Both the position numbers and the translations under genes were made by a program. A stretch of DNA of 63,093 nt, the filler included, from Lenisia limosa (Eukaryota; Protista; Breviatea): the NCBI GenBank assembly GCA_001655205.1. It is 8 parts of 8 records of this genome, joined end to end, with 100 filler letters (N's around TTAATTAATTAA, not from the genome) between each part and the next. Parts side by side here need not be neighbours in the genome. Positions count along the whole stretch, not along the records: positions 59,608 to 61,865 come from LPNZ01008636.1; positions 61,966 to 63,093 come from LPNZ01007085.1; 6 more parts are not named here. One strand, written 5' to 3'. Positions 59,608 through 63,093 of this stretch are shown piece after piece. The notes beneath the pieces are model-generated. The model made no database searches. It was not told the DNA's origin and was given only the letters and a program-made list of their open reading frames with translations. The number at the start of each line of letters is the position of its first letter. Position 1 is the stretch's first letter.

Positions 59608-61548
59608 TCACTAGGTCGCTATCAGAGGGCGAGTCTGCTGGGATTCCGCGGGTGCAGGCCAGCCTCTCAGACTCAAGCTCCGATGGACACTCCGATGCCG
59701 GCGACGCTGTGGGGAGGGGAGGGGTATGAATGATGATGTGGAGATACAACCTTATTTTTTATTTCTCATTGCGATATATGAATGATGATGTGTTATGAAA
59801 GTTAACACATATCCACTTGTGATATTATCATATGACCGACTTTCAAGAATGATGTGGCTAACACCCTTTGCTCAATCTGGTTCGAAAACCAAAACATAAA
59901 CCTTAGGATGAATTATATTCATCCCTTACCCCCCCTCCCAGAATGCATCGTATCACGTGACTCCGCTCTCCGAAAGGCGGCACCCCCGGCAGCCCGAAAC
60001 CAAAGGGGATCCTTTCGACCACAATGAAGAGGACGTTGGCGATATTGAGGAGGTATGATCGTCTTCTCCGAACTCCTACACGGACCGCGATAAGTCTTGA
60101 CAAGGTTATTGAGCTTTATCTTCAGTCAATCGTATCAGAACTTATCGCGGTGGATATATCATATATCATTGTATATATACATGTAGTATATACATGTATA
60201 TATTTCTATGATATTGTATATGTATTACATATATTAGAAATATGTAGGGCTTCCCTACGGTTGTCCAAAAGACCAGTAACATATTGACAATTATCGAGGA
60301 TTTATTGAGACAATTTTTGTTTTTGGGACCATAGGGAATCCCTCACAATATGTTGAAAACAATCTCAGAAAGCTGTACACCGAGTTATAAGGCAAATGAT
60401 TGGACAAATTAGTATTATATATGATATTATAATTCAATATTGGCGGTGTTAACAGCCTCTGTCAAACACTTCCTATTATATTTCTTATCCCCTCATTATC
60501 TATCCCTTTGCTCACTCGCCCCTCACTCCTTAGTCGCATGACGACCTCAGTAGTCTTGCACCAAGTGTGTCCATCTCAAATGTCAGCGGCGACGACAGTG
60601 GTGGGGGGGGGGGGGAGNNNNNNNNNNNNNNNNNNNNNNNNNNNNNNNNNNNNNNNNNNNNNNNNNNNNNNNNNNNNNNNNNNNNNNNNNNNNNNNNNNN
60701 NNNNNNNNNNNNNNNNNNNNNNNNNNNNNNNNNNNNNNNNNNNNNNNNNNNNNNNNNNNNNNNNNNNNNNNNNNNNNNNNNNNNNNNNNNNNNNNNNNNN
60801 NNNNNNNNNNNNNNNNNNNNNNNNNNNNNNNNNNNNNNNNNNNNNNNNNNNNNNNNNNNATTCAGATACACTCAGAGTTATAATTTGATTGTTTTCTGTT
60901 GAAGTAAGGTAACATTCAAAGCTAATTGGCTGATTCAAAATGTGGTGGTGGGTACGGCTTTGGACTGTTTAAAACATCGAATTGCCTCGTGGATCATGTA
61001 TGACCCTTTAGGATGACTCTGACTAGAGCGAGAGGTTCCCAGGTTGTATTTTAGTTGTTTCTTCAAAGGTTATGTTGTATTATTTATGTATACCCTTCTT
61101 CGTCATGGATTCCCTATAGACTCTTTGGCTGGCTTCACCTGCAACGGTTTTTTCTTGCGATCGAATTATGTACAGTGACAAGGATACGTCTTGACTGATT
61201 TGCTACATGATTTCCCATGGAAAATCGGCCGACTTATCCCGGTCACTATATTATCTGCCCAAGAATGCCGTATACATGGGCTTGTATAAGGTTAATTTTA
61301 TTTACAGCCCATGTCATATGCACAGACAGGCCAAGTTCCTACCTAAATTCTGCCCGTTCGGCACCTCCAGGGAAACCGCAAGTTCTGGGGGGGGGGGGAT
61401 GNNNNNNNNNNNNNNNNNNNNNNNNNNNNNNNNNNNNNNNNNNNNNNNNNNNNNNNNNNNNNNNNNNNNNNNNNNNNNNNNNNNACGAGATGAACAAAGT
61501 TCTTTCTTGATTCTGCTTAGTGACGAACGACTAACAGATTTCACGGTG
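59608..61548 (+). CDS. Fragment of an unknown gene: Ser/Asp-rich exons, then the possible start of a BTB domain
   Basis: Plus-strand exons with G-run donors and C-run acceptors: SLSDSSSDGHSDAGDA|, NASYHVTPL...DVGDIEE|gtatg, SHDDLSSLAPSVSISNVSGDDS|. SFLILLSDERLTDFT resembles the start of a BTB domain. Confidence 0.5.
60245..60344. mobile_element. MITE subfamily 2 (TAGGGCTTCCCTACGG TIR)
   Basis: TAGGGCTTCCCTACGG...GGACCATAGGGAATCCCTC with the same internal ATCGAGGATTT core; flanks gaaatatg/acaatatg (6/8). Confidence 0.75.
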
Positions 61549-62074
61549 CAACTTTGGGCTAGACGTTTCTCATCTATCAACAACGAGGCCCAAACATCGT
61601 TCCCGTAAAAACAAGAAAATGTAATAGAAACAGCTGTATCTCTCAAGAAAACTAAAAAGAAAAACTCAAAATTCGCTCAACAACAGCGAAAAACAATCGT
61701 TTTTGAATAATTCTAGCTCAAAAACTCTTCCAAAATGGATCAAAAGATCAGTCCAAAGCCGCTGCCGCACTATTAATGTGATCACTTCGAGCCAGTTCTG
61801 ACTCTTCTTCTGATATCGGAACCTGAATAGCGAAGTTGTTCCGAGATTTCCCAGGCCGAATTGTGNNNNNNNNNNNNNNNNNNNNNNNNNNNNNNNNNNN
61901 NNNNNNNNNTTAATTAATTAANNNNNNNNNNNNNNNNNNNNNNNNNNNNNNNNNNNNNNNNNNNNGGGGGAGTGTAATAGTGGGAAGGGTGGAAGGAAGG
62001 GAACAATAGACAAGTGTTGTTACTCAACCATTTATCTTGAAACTTTGTTCATAAATTCCCCGGCATACTTTGTT

Positions 62075-62400
62075 CATAGTGAGAGTGCTGCTTCTGATGT
62101 CTTTCGCTGCTTTCAATTGCTTCTCCTCCTTCTTGGAAATACTGCACTGTTAAACCCCACGATACTGAAATGTTTAGGTCAAAGAGATTAGGGGTTCTGT
62201 GGTAGGAAAGAGACAGTAGCCGCTGGAGTTCCAATAGAGACTTTACTACTACTTAGATATGTTCGTGAGAAGACACTGCAAGCCGAAGAATTGGAATTGC
62301 TGTGAGTATGCATATCAAGCCTACCGAAGATGGTAGCCCCATTGCTGGTTCTTTTCGACTTTCACCTTCGCGCTGTCTACCTCTGAGGTGGTGAGCAACA
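62075..62400 (-). CDS. Exon fragments of an unknown gene
   Basis: EVDSAKVKVEKNQQWGYHL|, NSNSSACSVFSRTYL and SISKKEEKQLKAAKDIRSSTLTMNK|gtatg with canonical junctions. Confidence 0.35.
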
Positions 62401-62573
62401 GGGACTACTATTGAAACAACCCAAGACACCCCCCTTTTTGACAATTGATAATATTTCGGAGTATTCAGAAAGAAAGAAACAACTACAATTTTTTTGAAAT
62501 ACTTATGTCGAGCAGGAATTAGCGTGTGAAGGAATAAAATTACAGTGGAAAGCAATAGTCAAAGACATCCATC

Positions 62574-62671
62574 TTGGGCTTCACTTCGGTTCGAAAAAGA
62601 CCGGTAAAATATCGATAGTTTTGAGGATTTATAGAAAAATTCGGTCTTTTTTAGAACCAAGTGAAGCCCTA
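62574..62671. mobile_element. ~100-bp hAT-type MITE
   Basis: Intact TIRs and the internal ATCGATA core. Confidence 0.85.
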
Positions 62672-63093
62672 CATCTCCTTAAACAATCGGTTTGCACNNN
62701 NNNNNNNNNNNNNNNNNNNNNNNNNNNNNNNNNNNNNNNNNNNNNNNNNNNNNNNNNNNNNNNNNNNNNNNNNNNNNNNNNNNGAGCAAGAACCTCACGT
62801 GACTCTTGGAGACGAGGGTCGAAGGAGGGGTTGATGTAGTAGTTGTGGTTGTTGGCCTGGCGGTGTTAAGGTGCGTATTAGGGTGACGTTGTTATAGATG
62901 ATGAAGTGTTAAGGATGATTATAAGGAAGATTTTGTTTATATAAGGATGATTTTGTTATAGATATAGTTAAAACCGCGAACATGATTAAAACCGCGAACA
63001 AAAATGAGGCTTTTTCAATTTTTGAGTCAATATGCTCCTTATTTACGCCTCTTTCGCATTTTTTTGCAAATTATCGCCCGAAACACTCCTTTA

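Noticed and set aside
59608-59715. Minus-strand ORF (ASPASECPSELESER...) as the CDC6 N-terminus
   Set aside because: It lies beyond a spacer, and the plus strand has better splice signals (G-run donor at ~59710, acceptor ~59941, GAG|GTATG at ~60054).

Overview
Intron-rich eukaryotic DNA (standard genetic code; probably a protist, species not assignable). The window is not contiguous: seven 100-nt spacers (N44-TTAATTAATTAA-N44) join eight pieces, and genes are cut at several joins. Exons were assembled by hand from GT/AG sites and reading-frame continuity, so internal boundaries are approximate. Recognisable genes: ATG2 (3' part), a bacterial-style TM-HAMP class III cyclase with guanylyl-type specificity residues, RCC1-like repeat genes (one with a signal peptide, one with Sushi-like modules), LZIC (3' part), ARP8 (3' part), a CENP-E-like kinesin-7 with duplicated exon-intron units and a CNTQ CaaX end, a PARP WGR fragment, a RasGAP, MEMO1 and CDC6. 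Three non-coding patterns stand out. (1) A ~110-170 bp repeat family whose TTTTAC-C(n) end forms the predicted 3' splice site of introns in at least five unrelated genes. (2) Intron ends with G-runs after GT and C-runs before AG. (3) About 18 copies of a ~100-bp hAT-type MITE with 8-bp target-site duplications.
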